Below the pieces are notes generated by a model, which saw only the letters and a program-made list of their open reading frames with translations, did no database searches and was not told the origin of the DNA. This document shows positions 9,043 through 18,672 of a DNA stretch of 64,000 bases, in pieces. Where the stretch lies: the IMG/VR virus record IMGVR_UViG_3300046820_002180, positions 95,821 through 159,820 of that record. One strand, given 5' to 3'. The translations under genes were made by a program, and so were the position numbers. Numbering within the stretch: the stretch's first letter is position 1; each line of letters starts with the position of its first letter. Origin of the DNA: a virus (taxonomy: Duplodnaviria; Heunggongvirae; Uroviricota; Caudoviricetes).

Positions 9043-9812
9043 AATCAATGAAGTTTTGGACAAGTTCGGGGTTTGAGGTGGGTAACCATTCTTGGAGATT
9101 GGATGAACGTAGAAATAAAACACTCAACACATCAGGTTCCGATATTTCCGAAACGAATAACTACACATACAATGAAATGGGGTTCAGGGGAGATTCATTA
9201 TATAAGGATGGGTTTAGAATAATGTCAGTTGGTTGTTCCCACACTGAAGGTGTTGGGGTTAGTGATAATCAAACTTGGCCTTATTATTTCTCAAGACAGA
9301 TACAGAACGGGGTAGATTTAAATTTGGGGTTTGGTGGACGTAGTAACGATTACATTGCTAGATGTGTTATCACCTTAACTCAAAAGATAAGACCTAATTT
9401 GGTTAACTTAATGTACACTTATCCATCACGTAAAGAATATTACCGATATAATGGAGAGTTGGAACCATTTCATATGACTCCTTGGGGTTATTTTAAGGAA
9501 GATAGTGAAGGGAAGGAAGAGTACAAATCAATTGCAAGAATTACCCACGACGAGAACGATTTAATCAATTGGTACAAAAACCATCTTCTAATCACCAATT
9601 ATTTGGAGAATAGGAGCATCCCATATATATGGAACGGTTCTTTCCTGATGGATAACGAATATTCTGACAAATATCGGTTCGATGGTGACTACGGAGATTT
9701 CCGTGAATTCTCCATTGATGGTAAACACGCAACCCCAAAACACAACGAAGAATACTCCAAAAAACTACTTCAGTTTGTAAAATCCAATTTTTCCGATTAT
9801 TTACCTAAATAA
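9039..9812 (+). CDS. SGNH-family hydrolase-like protein (paralog 2) with N-terminal extension
   Basis: VGCSHTEGVG block I variant, NLGFGGRSNDYIA block II, DGKHATPKHNEEYSKKL block V. Confidence 0.45.
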   Translation: MKSMKFWTSSGFEVGNHSWRLDERRNKTLNTSGSDISETNNYTYNEMGFRGDSLYKDGFRIMSVGCSHTEGVGVSDNQTWPYYFSRQIQNGVDLNLGFGGRSNDYIARCVITLTQKIRPNLVNLMYTYPSRKEYYRYNGELEPFHMTPWGYFKEDSEGKEEYKSIARITHDENDLINWYKNHLLITNYLENRSIPYIWNGSFLMDNEYSDKYRFDGDYGDFREFSIDGKHATPKHNEEYSKKLLQFVKSNFSDYLPK

Positions 9813-9866
9813 ACGAAAGTCATAACCGACAAACAAAGTATTTATCTAAGTATAATAACATATTAG

Positions 9867-12800
9867 ATGAATATATTTGACGCACACATATCGGGTTCCC
9901 TGTCGGTATCCTCTTCGGCGGAAATACAGGGAGACTTAAGGGTACTTGGAATAATTAATGCAACCATTAGTGGTAACACCACAAGTGCAGATACCGCATC
10001 TTTTGCTCCGAGATATACCCTAACCTCAAGTTTTAATACTTTTACCTCATCGTACACGACCGGTTCTTTTACGGGTTCGTTTATTGGTGATGGTGCTAAT
10101 TTATATAATATCCCCGCTAGTGGGGTTACAGGATTAAATCTAAACAAAATCACAAGTGGTAGTGTTAGTGCGTCAATATCACCAGATAGAGGTTTAGAGG
10201 TTAATACCGATTTAAATGTTGCGGGTATTATTACTGCAAGAGAAATCCATACATCAATTGTTACTTCATCAGTTCTTTTTGAATCTGGCTCAACAATATT
10301 TGGTAACACTTTAGATGATACTCACCAAATTACAGGTTCGGCTAGTGTTACGGGTTCATTATCATTAAATGGACAACTTGTTGAAACAAATAGATTATCG
10401 GTTACCACATTCAATTCTTACACGTCAAGTATCAATCCAAGAATTGATGCGTTAGAAATCTCAACATCAAGTTTGAATGGTTTTACAAGTTCGATTAATA
10501 CAACAATCAAAAACAAATTAAATTCAGACGGTGTAATTTCTGGTTCCTCACAAGTTATCTATAGTGGATTAACAGGAATACCTTCAAGTATTGTTAGTGG
10601 GTCAGTACAAGTCAACATTACAGGAACAACAGGATACTCAACATTCAGTTCAAGTTTATCATCGAGTATTAATAGTTTATCAGCATCAATTGCAACAACC
10701 GATTCTAATCAAAATGGTAGATTAAATTCTATAGAAGGTGTAACAGGGTCTATTAGTTTACTTAACACCTATACAGGTAGTAACAACACAGTAATAGGAA
10801 CTTTACAAACTGCAACAAGTAGTTTGAACTCATATACAAGTAGTAACACTACAAATATAAATGCAATTCATACTGCAACTAGTTCATTAAATACATTTAC
10901 ATCAAGTGCTACAGGTAGATTAACATCCATTGAAGGCGTAACCGGTTCAATTGGTGCACTTAATACTTACACCGGTAGTAACAACACGGTTATTGGTACG
11001 TTACAAACATCCACAGGAAGTTTGAACACGTTTACTAGTTCACAAATTACTCATAATAATGCTGTTAACACATCAACTAGTTCATTAAATTCTTACACAT
11101 CAAGTGCATCGAATAGATTAGTTGCGTTGGAAACATCTACAGGAAGTTTGAACTCATATACAAGTAGTAACACTACAAATATAAACTCAATTCAAACTTC
11201 AACAGGAAGTTTGAATGCTTTTACATCAAGTGCGGGTGGAAGAATAACTTCATTAGAAAGTGCAAGTAGTAGTATTAGAAGTGACTTTAATAGTTTTACA
11301 AGTTCCAATAACACAGTTGAGACAACTCAGAACAGTAGACTAACGTCTATTGAAGGAGTTACAGGTTCGATATCAATTTTAAACACATATACAGGTTCAA
11401 ACAATACAGTAATAGGAACATTACAAACTGCGACGAGTAGTTTAAATACTTTTACATCGAGTGCTACAGGTAGACTAACATCACTTGAATCAGCAAGTTC
11501 TTCAATTAGAACAGATTTTAATTCATTTACGAGTTCTAATAATTCAATTGAGGCGACTCAGAATAGTAGACTAACATCACTTGAAACAACAACAGGTAGT
11601 TTAAATTCATATACAAGTAGTAACACTACAAATATAAACTCAATTCACACCGCAACTGCAAGCTTGAATTCATTCTCTTCAAGTGCTGGTGGTAGATTAA
11701 CTTCTATTGAGGGCGTAACCGGTTCAATTGCTGCGTTGAATACTTACACAGGTTCGAACAACACCTCAATCAATGCGTTGAATTCTTACACGAGTAGTAA
11801 CACTACTAATATTAATGCGATTCATACCGCAACAAGTAGTTTGAATAGTTTCACAAGCAGTGCTTCGGGTAGATTAACCGCGTTAGAAACTGCATCAAGT
11901 AGTTTAAATTCTTACACAAGTAGTAACACAACCGCAATTACTGCGTTGAATTCATTTACCACATCATTTAATACGGCATTTGGTTTAAGTGGTGCAAACG
12001 TCACCGTTAAAGGTAATTTAACCGTACAAGGTTCCACTACTCAAGTAGATTCAACAACTGTTAATATTGGTGATAATATTATTCAATTAAATGGTACAGG
12101 TGCAACTAATGCGGGTATCGTTGTAAGAGATGCAACATCACCAACACTTACTTCGGGTTCATTTCTTTGGGATTCAACAAACGATAAGTGGGTTGCTGGT
12201 CCGTTAGGTTCCGAAGATGAGGTTGTGTTAAAGACAGCATCACAAGCATTAACAAACAAAACAATTAGTGGAGGTTCTAACACGTTAACAAATATCGCTA
12301 ATGCTTCACTTACAAATAGTTCAATATCAATTGCGGGTACAAGTACATCATTAGGTGGTTCAATAACCGCAGCGACAATACTAACATCCACAGGTGTTTG
12401 GTCAGGTTCGGCTCAATTACCCGCAGGAGTTATAAGTGGTTCCGCTCAGGTAATTGCTAATTTACCCGCAGGAACGGTGTCAGGGTCATCACAAGTATTA
12501 AGTGGAACTGGCATTTGGTCGGGTTCTGCACAATTACCATCAGGAGTGGTATCAGGTTCGTCACAAATTACTTTCTTAAGTATTAGTAGTATACCAAGTG
12601 GTTTAGTGTCAGGTAGTTCACAGGTATTAGCAGGAACAACAATACATTCGGGTAGTTTCTTTAACGGAATTTCTGTTGTATCAGGCTCCGCACAGATTTC
12701 ATTTAATGGTATAACTGATAAACCGGCATTAGTGTCTGGTAGCTCACAAATTACTTTCTTAAGTATTAGTAGTATACCAAGTGGTTTAGTGTCAGGTAGT

Positions 12801-14705
12801 TCACAAATTACATTAACAAGTACACAAGTTACCAATGGTTTAGGATACACACCATATAACGCAACCAATCCAAATGGATATATTAGTTCATACACTGAAA
12901 CTGATACACTGGCGTCGGTAACCGCACGTGGGGCAAGTTCGTCCACACAAATTACTCTTTCGGGTAAGTTAAGAATGAGTTCTGATTTAGGTGTAGATGC
13001 AGGTAATGCATTATATTTTGGTAGGGAAGAATCTTTTGGTGGTTCTAATACAGGCGGTGACGATTATGGTTATATAACATTTGATAATAACAGTACAACT
13101 TATAGTGATGCTGGCGGTACTGAAAGGTCAGTACTTAGAATAGGTACATCTAATGATGGTGTAGGTAATGTGGAAGATAACTTAGCCCTTGAATCTACCG
13201 CCAACATATATTTAAATCCTGCAGGTGTCATATATCGTGGTAATAAAGCAACAAGATATACAATTTGGGATTCGGGTAACTTAACTAACCTTAATCAATT
13301 AACAAACGGACCTGGTTATATAACAGGAATTTCATTTGCAAACGTTTCATCTAAACCAACAACGATTAGTGGTTACGGAATTACGGATGCTATTACAACA
13401 AGTAATATTGGTTCACAATCTGTATCATACGCAACAACCGCAGGTTCACTAACCAGTATGAACATATCTCAGTTTACAAACAACTCTGGTTATTTAACAA
13501 GCGTAACAAATATTAGTGGTACTGCAGGTAGTGAAACTCTCGCAACCGTTACAGGAAGAGGTGCGAGCACAAGTACCGCAATTTCTATTAATAATACTTT
13601 GACGGTTACAAGTGGAAGGGTTATTGCCAGAACAGGTGGTGCGAATACCTATGGTATATTTTCTGGTTATGATAATAATAACCATATGATGACATTTAGA
13701 GCCGCGGTTTCGGGACCTACAGCAACACCAACTGTTACTGCTGGACACCAAACGACATTTATTGAATATGCCGAAGCGGGAGATGTAACAGGTTGGTTTT
13801 TTAAATCTTCATCTTCAACTAACTATGAAGAAATTGCTAGAATTACTAGAACTGGTATTAATTGGAACGGAAATACAGTTTATCACTCAGGTAATATACC
13901 TACGTGGAACCAAAATACCACAGGAACGGCATCTAACATTACTGCATATACAATTAATCAAAGTGTCGGTACCGGCAACTCCCCAACATTTGCTGGAGTA
14001 TCAGCATCACAAGTGGCAGCAACATCTACGGCAGATGCTACTGGATTATCACTTAGAAGTACCTCGGAAGTTTTAAGTGGTGAAGGATGGTGTACCGCAT
14101 TATATTGTTATAATAATAATGATGGTTTCTTAGTGGTAGGTAGAGATGCAAGTGCCAATGCTCGACCTGTTTTCCACGTAGGTGGTTTTAACAACGCAGG
14201 ACACGGAGGTTGGAGTGACGGAGATGCAATGGTTACTTTAGTTAGAATGGACGGAGTTAAAACCACGGGTAGTGCTAATTCATATAGAGGTTTATCTAAC
14301 TCATCATATTATTCTAATATTGTAAAAACAACATCAAGAACCGAGTTTAAAGATTCACAAGGAGCACACTATTTCAACGGCACATTAACGACCGGTGGTA
14401 ATATGACAGTTGGTGGTACGTTAACAGAAAACTCATCAATCCGATATAAGAAAGATATTGAAACCATTAGTTACGGTCTGGATAAAGTTTTACAATTAAG
14501 AGGTGTTACTTACGTTAAAAAAGAGAATAACGTTAAAGAAATGGGTGTTATTGCTGAAGAAATTGCCGAAATTTTACCTGATGTGGTACTTTACGATTCA
14601 GAAGGTAAAGTAGATTCCGTATCTTATGGTAGAATTACTGCAGTGTTAATCGAGGCGATAAAAGATTTGAAAAAAGAAATAAACGAATTAAAGAATAATG
14701 GCTAA
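9867..14705 (+). CDS. Tail fibre / tail spike protein with C-terminal intramolecular chaperone (peptidase S74-like) domain
   Basis: 1612-aa Ser/Thr/Gly/Asn-rich protein with long internal tandem repeats; C-terminal ~110 aa (SIRYKKDIETISYGLDKVLQLRGVTYVKK...GVIAEEIAEILPDVV...YGRITAVLIEAIKDLKKEINELK) matches the autoproteolytic chaperone domain of phage tail fibres/endosialidases. Confidence 0.75.
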   Translation: MNIFDAHISGSLSVSSSAEIQGDLRVLGIINATISGNTTSADTASFAPRYTLTSSFNTFTSSYTTGSFTGSFIGDGANLYNIPASGVTGLNLNKITSGSVSASISPDRGLEVNTDLNVAGIITAREIHTSIVTSSVLFESGSTIFGNTLDDTHQITGSASVTGSLSLNGQLVETNRLSVTTFNSYTSSINPRIDALEISTSSLNGFTSSINTTIKNKLNSDGVISGSSQVIYSGLTGIPSSIVSGSVQVNITGTTGYSTFSSSLSSSINSLSASIATTDSNQNGRLNSIEGVTGSISLLNTYTGSNNTVIGTLQTATSSLNSYTSSNTTNINAIHTATSSLNTFTSSATGRLTSIEGVTGSIGALNTYTGSNNTVIGTLQTSTGSLNTFTSSQITHNNAVNTSTSSLNSYTSSASNRLVALETSTGSLNSYTSSNTTNINSIQTSTGSLNAFTSSAGGRITSLESASSSIRSDFNSFTSSNNTVETTQNSRLTSIEGVTGSISILNTYTGSNNTVIGTLQTATSSLNTFTSSATGRLTSLESASSSIRTDFNSFTSSNNSIEATQNSRLTSLETTTGSLNSYTSSNTTNINSIHTATASLNSFSSSAGGRLTSIEGVTGSIAALNTYTGSNNTSINALNSYTSSNTTNINAIHTATSSLNSFTSSASGRLTALETASSSLNSYTSSNTTAITALNSFTTSFNTAFGLSGANVTVKGNLTVQGSTTQVDSTTVNIGDNIIQLNGTGATNAGIVVRDATSPTLTSGSFLWDSTNDKWVAGPLGSEDEVVLKTASQALTNKTISGGSNTLTNIANASLTNSSISIAGTSTSLGGSITAATILTSTGVWSGSAQLPAGVISGSAQVIANLPAGTVSGSSQVLSGTGIWSGSAQLPSGVVSGSSQITFLSISSIPSGLVSGSSQVLAGTTIHSGSFFNGISVVSGSAQISFNGITDKPALVSGSSQITFLSISSIPSGLVSGSSQITLTSTQVTNGLGYTPYNATNPNGYISSYTETDTLASVTARGASSSTQITLSGKLRMSSDLGVDAGNALYFGREESFGGSNTGGDDYGYITFDNNSTTYSDAGGTERSVLRIGTSNDGVGNVEDNLALESTANIYLNPAGVIYRGNKATRYTIWDSGNLTNLNQLTNGPGYITGISFANVSSKPTTISGYGITDAITTSNIGSQSVSYATTAGSLTSMNISQFTNNSGYLTSVTNISGTAGSETLATVTGRGASTSTAISINNTLTVTSGRVIARTGGANTYGIFSGYDNNNHMMTFRAAVSGPTATPTVTAGHQTTFIEYAEAGDVTGWFFKSSSSTNYEEIARITRTGINWNGNTVYHSGNIPTWNQNTTGTASNITAYTINQSVGTGNSPTFAGVSASQVAATSTADATGLSLRSTSEVLSGEGWCTALYCYNNNDGFLVVGRDASANARPVFHVGGFNNAGHGGWSDGDAMVTLVRMDGVKTTGSANSYRGLSNSSYYSNIVKTTSRTEFKDSQGAHYFNGTLTTGGNMTVGGTLTENSSIRYKKDIETISYGLDKVLQLRGVTYVKKENNVKEMGVIAEEIAEILPDVVLYDSEGKVDSVSYGRITAVLIEAIKDLKKEINELKNNG
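10700..11950 (+). repeat. In-frame tandem repeat region inside the tail fibre gene
   Basis: Repeated units (S/T)SLN(S/T)(Y/F)TSS..., RLTS(I/L)EGVTGSI..LNTYTGSNNTVIGTLQT(A/S)T recur many times at protein and nucleotide level. Confidence 0.6.
12561..12805 (+). repeat. Two exact 62-nt direct repeats (12561-12622 and 12744-12805) inside the tail fibre gene
   Basis: tcacaaattactttcttaagtattagtagtataccaagtggtttagtgtcaggtagttcaca occurs twice, encoding SQITFLSISSIPSGLVSGSSQ. Confidence 0.6.
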
Positions 14706-15126
14706 TTTTTTAGCAAATACGAGACCAGCACCTGGCGTTCAGTTGGGATTTTTTAGAGATAGGTATTATGGTGGAAACAATTATTTTCACTATAAAACAA
14801 ACATCAATATGAACAATATTATGTGCACTATTGAAGCTGTTGGTTATGCGTATGGTGCAAATCAAGCCATTAGAGCCGCTTGGAGTTTTTACGCTTACGC
14901 TGGTTCTAATTCAACAATACAAATCGGGACATCAAATGTTTACGGTGGTCTAAGTGCACACGGAGTTTACACATCATCAGATGGATATGTAGTTATAAGA
15001 GCAAACTGTGCATCGTACTTTAGTGGATGGATTCTTAATGCGTATTGTTTAAATCCAACAGGATATAATTTTGTAGTTAGTGTAACAGCTAGCGTTCAAA
15101 CAGATAATGCAGGAAACTACTACTAA
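14698..15126 (+). CDS. Tail-fibre-adjacent small protein, tandem paralog 1 of 3
   Basis: Start overlaps the tail fibre stop; shares EAVGY.YG...IR.AW.FY, (L/M)(S/T)AHGVY..SDGY.V.RA and NAY motifs with the next two ORFs. Confidence 0.55.
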   Translation: MANFLANTRPAPGVQLGFFRDRYYGGNNYFHYKTNINMNNIMCTIEAVGYAYGANQAIRAAWSFYAYAGSNSTIQIGTSNVYGGLSAHGVYTSSDGYVVIRANCASYFSGWILNAYCLNPTGYNFVVSVTASVQTDNAGNYY

Positions 15127-15563
15127 TGGCTAATTTACAAGGAACTGGAATATATCCTGAAAATGGTTACTTAGAACAACTTGGAATATATAATGTTGCC
15201 AATTTGTCGTCGGGAGGTGGTCAATATTATCATATGAAATTGAACATCACCCACCAATCGTATGTTATGATTATGATTGAAGCCATTGGATACAACTATG
15301 GAACATCAGCACCTATTAGATGTGCTTGGAATTTTTATTGTTACGACTATTTTTTCGGTAATGTTCAAAACTCAGCATATAATGGAATGACGGCACATAG
15401 TCATTATGTTGCCTCGGATAATAAAATTGTTATTGTGGGATATGCTAGTAGTTTATATTATTGCGGGTTTACGTTAAATGCGTACAATACCGCAGGAAAT
15501 GGTTATGGAACCATAACGTCCGTAGTATCTGCGGTTCAAACATCAGCGGCAACATATTATTAA
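15126..15563 (+). CDS. Tail-fibre-adjacent small protein, tandem paralog 2 of 3
   Basis: TAATGG overlap with paralog 1; same conserved motifs. Confidence 0.55.
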   Translation: MANLQGTGIYPENGYLEQLGIYNVANLSSGGGQYYHMKLNITHQSYVMIMIEAIGYNYGTSAPIRCAWNFYCYDYFFGNVQNSAYNGMTAHSHYVASDNKIVIVGYASSLYYCGFTLNAYNTAGNGYGTITSVVSAVQTSAATYY

Positions 15564-15566
15564 ACT

Positions 15567-16055
15567 ATGGCAATATTAACACCACCATTTAGAATAGGTT
15601 CAGTAAGTAGTTGGTACTTTCAACAAAAGTACATCTACACTTTTAATACCACTGCGGGTAGTCCATTGTATATTCATATGAAGACTAATTTAATTGGTGC
15701 AACAACATATAATATGTGGATGTTCGAAGCGGTTGGTTATAATTACGGAGTTGCAGCACCTATCAGATGTTCTTGGGGTTTTCACATTAGTACTGCAGGT
15801 ATGCCGTATACTAATGGTTTCCTTTACAATATAGGTTTGAGAAATCAGTACCCTGGTATGTCTGCGCACGGAGTTTATATTGCGTCTGATGGATATATTG
15901 TATTGAGAGCATATGCAAATGGTAGTAATTATTATAACGGATTTACATTGAATGCATACGCAACAAGAAGTGATGTAACCCAATCAAATGTAAGTATAAT
16001 CGCAGCCGTTCAAACAAGTGATAGTGGTAACTATTATGGAGGACCGGTACAATAA
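15567..16055 (+). CDS. Tail-fibre-adjacent small protein, tandem paralog 3 of 3
   Basis: Same conserved motifs (FEAVGYNYGVAAPIRCSWGF..., GMSAHGVYIASDGYIVLRAYA, GFTLNAYATR, AAVQTSDSGNYY). Confidence 0.55.
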   Translation: MAILTPPFRIGSVSSWYFQQKYIYTFNTTAGSPLYIHMKTNLIGATTYNMWMFEAVGYNYGVAAPIRCSWGFHISTAGMPYTNGFLYNIGLRNQYPGMSAHGVYIASDGYIVLRAYANGSNYYNGFTLNAYATRSDVTQSNVSIIAAVQTSDSGNYYGGPVQ

Positions 16056-16067
16056 AATTAAAAATAT

Positions 16068-16439
16068 ATGAGAAGATTTATTGATAATTTAGGAGTGTTT
16101 CATTTATTACTTGATGGTGAAACACCACAAGAAACTTGGACAGAGGTCATTGACCAATATAAAAGATATAGAGCACCAAATGGTGATATCCATACTATAT
16201 TATTCGATGCAGAACCTGAAGAAGACTGGGTTGAAGATAATATTGAATATATGCCGTACCCTGACCCTTCATATGTCCCACCATACGGTGCATTAAGAAA
16301 GATGAGTTATCCTGATTTAGGAGAACAATTGGATATGTTATGGCACGAAATAAATGAAAATGGTTCGATATCATCTTCAGGACAATGGTTTCAATCTATC
16401 AGTGATGTTAAAACTCAGTTTCCTAAGGACGAAGAATAA
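16068..16439 (+). CDS. Hypothetical acidic protein
   Basis: 123-aa ORF. Confidence 0.4.
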   Translation: MRRFIDNLGVFHLLLDGETPQETWTEVIDQYKRYRAPNGDIHTILFDAEPEEDWVEDNIEYMPYPDPSYVPPYGALRKMSYPDLGEQLDMLWHEINENGSISSSGQWFQSISDVKTQFPKDEE

Positions 16440-16441
16440 CA

Positions 16442-16470
16442 TTGACATTTATAAAAATTTTTAGTATAAT
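16442..16470 (+). promoter_or_regulatory. Consensus sigma70-type promoter TTGACA-N17-TATAAT, six nt upstream of the ATG (leaderless-type arrangement)
   Basis: TTGACA at 16442-16447, 17-nt spacer, TATAAT at 16465-16470, ATG at 16477. Confidence 0.5.
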
Positions 16471-16476
16471 TAATTT

Positions 16477-16944
16477 ATGGAAAAGATATCATTAAAATTA
16501 AAAGACGTACTTCAATTAGAAAGTGAAATTAACGGATTTACTAATCCTGAGACTGGTGAAAAATATTATGAAGGATTTATAAATCAAAAATTATCAATCA
16601 TCTTAAAATACGATTTGACTGAAACTACTAAATTTTTAGAAACTGAAAGAAAAAAAGTAGATGGATTGAGAGATGAATTAGTGACCAAATATGGTAAGAT
16701 GGACAATAATGGTAGAATTGTTGTTAATATGCATATTTTCGAAAAAGACGAAAATGGTGTCATTATCTCAAAAAAATTAAATCCCGATTACTTAGAATTT
16801 GAAAAGGAATACACCCAATTATTAGATAAAGAGATTGAGGTAGAATACCCCGAAATTACAAAAGAGGATTTAGTAAATGCAGGAAAAACAAAAGACAATT
16901 ACATAGTTTTATTCAGACTAATAAAAAATAAGGAGGTTAAATAA
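16477..16944 (+). CDS. Hypothetical protein
   Basis: 155-aa ORF directly downstream of the consensus promoter; its stop lies inside a bidirectional hairpin. Confidence 0.5.
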   Translation: MEKISLKLKDVLQLESEINGFTNPETGEKYYEGFINQKLSIILKYDLTETTKFLETERKKVDGLRDELVTKYGKMDNNGRIVVNMHIFEKDENGVIISKKLNPDYLEFEKEYTQLLDKEIEVEYPEITKEDLVNAGKTKDNYIVLFRLIKNKEVK

Positions 16945-16951
16945 CCTCCTT
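16930..16951. terminator. Bidirectional hairpin terminator between convergent genes
   Basis: AAGGAGGTT aaat AACCTCCTT inverted repeat overlapping the stops of the 16477..16944 (+) and 16937..18049 (-) genes. Confidence 0.45.
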
Positions 16952-18049
16952 TCTTATTTCTATCATCATATTACCAATTTGATATTCACCCACCTCATAG
17001 TAGGGTATCGACAACCTCAATTTATGTAAGGTTCTAATATCCATATCATCAAATGGTGCAGTTTCATAAATCATCACATCTACGTTATCTGTGAACGTAA
17101 ATTTCGACCTTAAATCATAACGGGTATTCTTCTGTTCATTTTCAATATAGTCCTCGGGAATTGTCCCTATTTCGATTTTATCGAAGAATGGTTCAATCTC
17201 CATAAAACGATTTCTATTGTTGGTGGTTAAACCCATTGTGAAGATTTTATACTTAAAGTTCTTCTCTTCCCAATATCTTAGTTCATTGAATGCTGAGAAT
17301 GGTATTCCCCACTTCCTAACAAAGTTTCTATTGGATGATACTTCGATGATTCTTCTATCAACTCTCATATCATCACTGAATCTTGAAGTCTGCGAAACAA
17401 AATGATAAACAATTGCAGAGTCACAAGTCTTTAGTTCATAACCTTTTAGTTTCGCACGAACCAAGAAATCGTCATCTTCACAGAAACACGGAACAAAACT
17501 AAACCCATCAAAACCACCCACATCATTAAACATCTTTTTAGTTCCGCTCATAAAGAATACTGCACCATCATATAGGTTCTTACTATCCTTCCACTGATTA
17601 ACGTAATTGTTGAAATGAAAATAATCAAAGTCATCAAAACTAGAACCTAAATTCAATAATACTTTACCTGGTCTTAAGTGACCTTTGAATATTGGAGGCT
17701 CTACTGTGGTGTAAGAGATGATAGTATTTGGATTCTCATCCAATAACGATTCTAAGTTCTCAAGAAAGTATTCACCTAAAATCATATCGTTATGAATCAA
17801 TACTAATTTATCAGTGTCAACTAACTTGATTCCTGCGTTATATGTGTCCGAGAATGTTATTCTATCATCATCGTGTATGAATGATAAGTTATCATCATTT
17901 AATGACTCTAACCACTCTTTCGTTCCATCACTTGAACCGCCACTACTAATTACAAATGGTGCTTCAGGATATAACAGACGAACCCTCTCATAACATTTTT
18001 TTGTTAGGTCTAATTTATTGTAGACCGCCATTACTAATGATATACTCAT
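16937..18049 (-). CDS. Glycosyltransferase family 2 protein
   Basis: N-terminal ISLVMAVYNKLDLTKKCYERV...SSGGSSDGTKEWL matches the GT2 Rossmann-like N-terminus; 370 aa. Confidence 0.55.
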   Translation of the reverse strand: MSISLVMAVYNKLDLTKKCYERVRLLYPEAPFVISSGGSSDGTKEWLESLNDDNLSFIHDDDRITFSDTYNAGIKLVDTDKLVLIHNDMILGEYFLENLESLLDENPNTIISYTTVEPPIFKGHLRPGKVLLNLGSSFDDFDYFHFNNYVNQWKDSKNLYDGAVFFMSGTKKMFNDVGGFDGFSFVPCFCEDDDFLVRAKLKGYELKTCDSAIVYHFVSQTSRFSDDMRVDRRIIEVSSNRNFVRKWGIPFSAFNELRYWEEKNFKYKIFTMGLTTNNRNRFMEIEPFFDKIEIGTIPEDYIENEQKNTRYDLRSKFTFTDNVDVMIYETAPFDDMDIRTLHKLRLSIPYYEVGEYQIGNMMIEIRKEVI

Positions 18050-18669
18050 CTTATTTTACTTATTACGTTCGACCAAGCAATTCCGTCTTCTCTAATAACA
18101 GGACTAAACTCAGCTTTTAATACCGTTTTTGATATATGTCCACCCATTTTCCAGTTTAACATTTGAAATGCTTGTTTAGGTCCTTTGTGAATTAAAAAAT
18201 TATCACCATACCATACTTTTAATTCTTCAGGTATAGGTCGATATGAATTTTTATGTATGAAGAATAAACAAGCAAACCCACCAATCAATTGATAAATTGG
18301 AGTTAATAAAAATCTACCCTTAGGTTCTGTCCAACACCCATCACCTAATCCAATGATACCCTTATCTTCAGTTATGCTATCGTGAATTTTATCAAGTAAA
18401 GACCAGTCAGTTGTTATGTCATCATTAAGAAACATTAACTTATCTTCTTTTGCAATTGAATAACCTTTATTCCAAGCGGGATTCACATATGTGTTTCTAC
18501 CTTCTTTAATGTAAACTAATTTTGGTATTTCTTCTTTTATGTGAATCTCATCATCATTTGTGTTATCAATCAAAATCAATTCACTAACTAAAGGATGTGA
18601 AGTAACTTCTTTAACTAGTTCAACAACACCATCAGGCACGAACATCGTCGGCATTATTACACTTATCAT
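18046..18669 (-). CDS. Glycosyltransferase-like protein (GT2-like)
   Basis: MISVIMPT...LILIDNTNDD N-terminus and internal DxD-like LNDDITTD; ATGA overlap with neighbour. Confidence 0.4.
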   Translation of the reverse strand: MISVIMPTMFVPDGVVELVKEVTSHPLVSELILIDNTNDDEIHIKEEIPKLVYIKEGRNTYVNPAWNKGYSIAKEDKLMFLNDDITTDWSLLDKIHDSITEDKGIIGLGDGCWTEPKGRFLLTPIYQLIGGFACLFFIHKNSYRPIPEELKVWYGDNFLIHKGPKQAFQMLNWKMGGHISKTVLKAEFSPVIREDGIAWSNVISKIR

Positions 18670-18672
18670 ATA

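Noticed and set aside
13825-14076. 83-aa ORF and other alternative-frame ORFs inside the tail fibre gene
   Set aside because: Contained within the 1612-aa tail fibre ORF, which has consistent repeat structure and a recognisable C-terminal chaperone domain.
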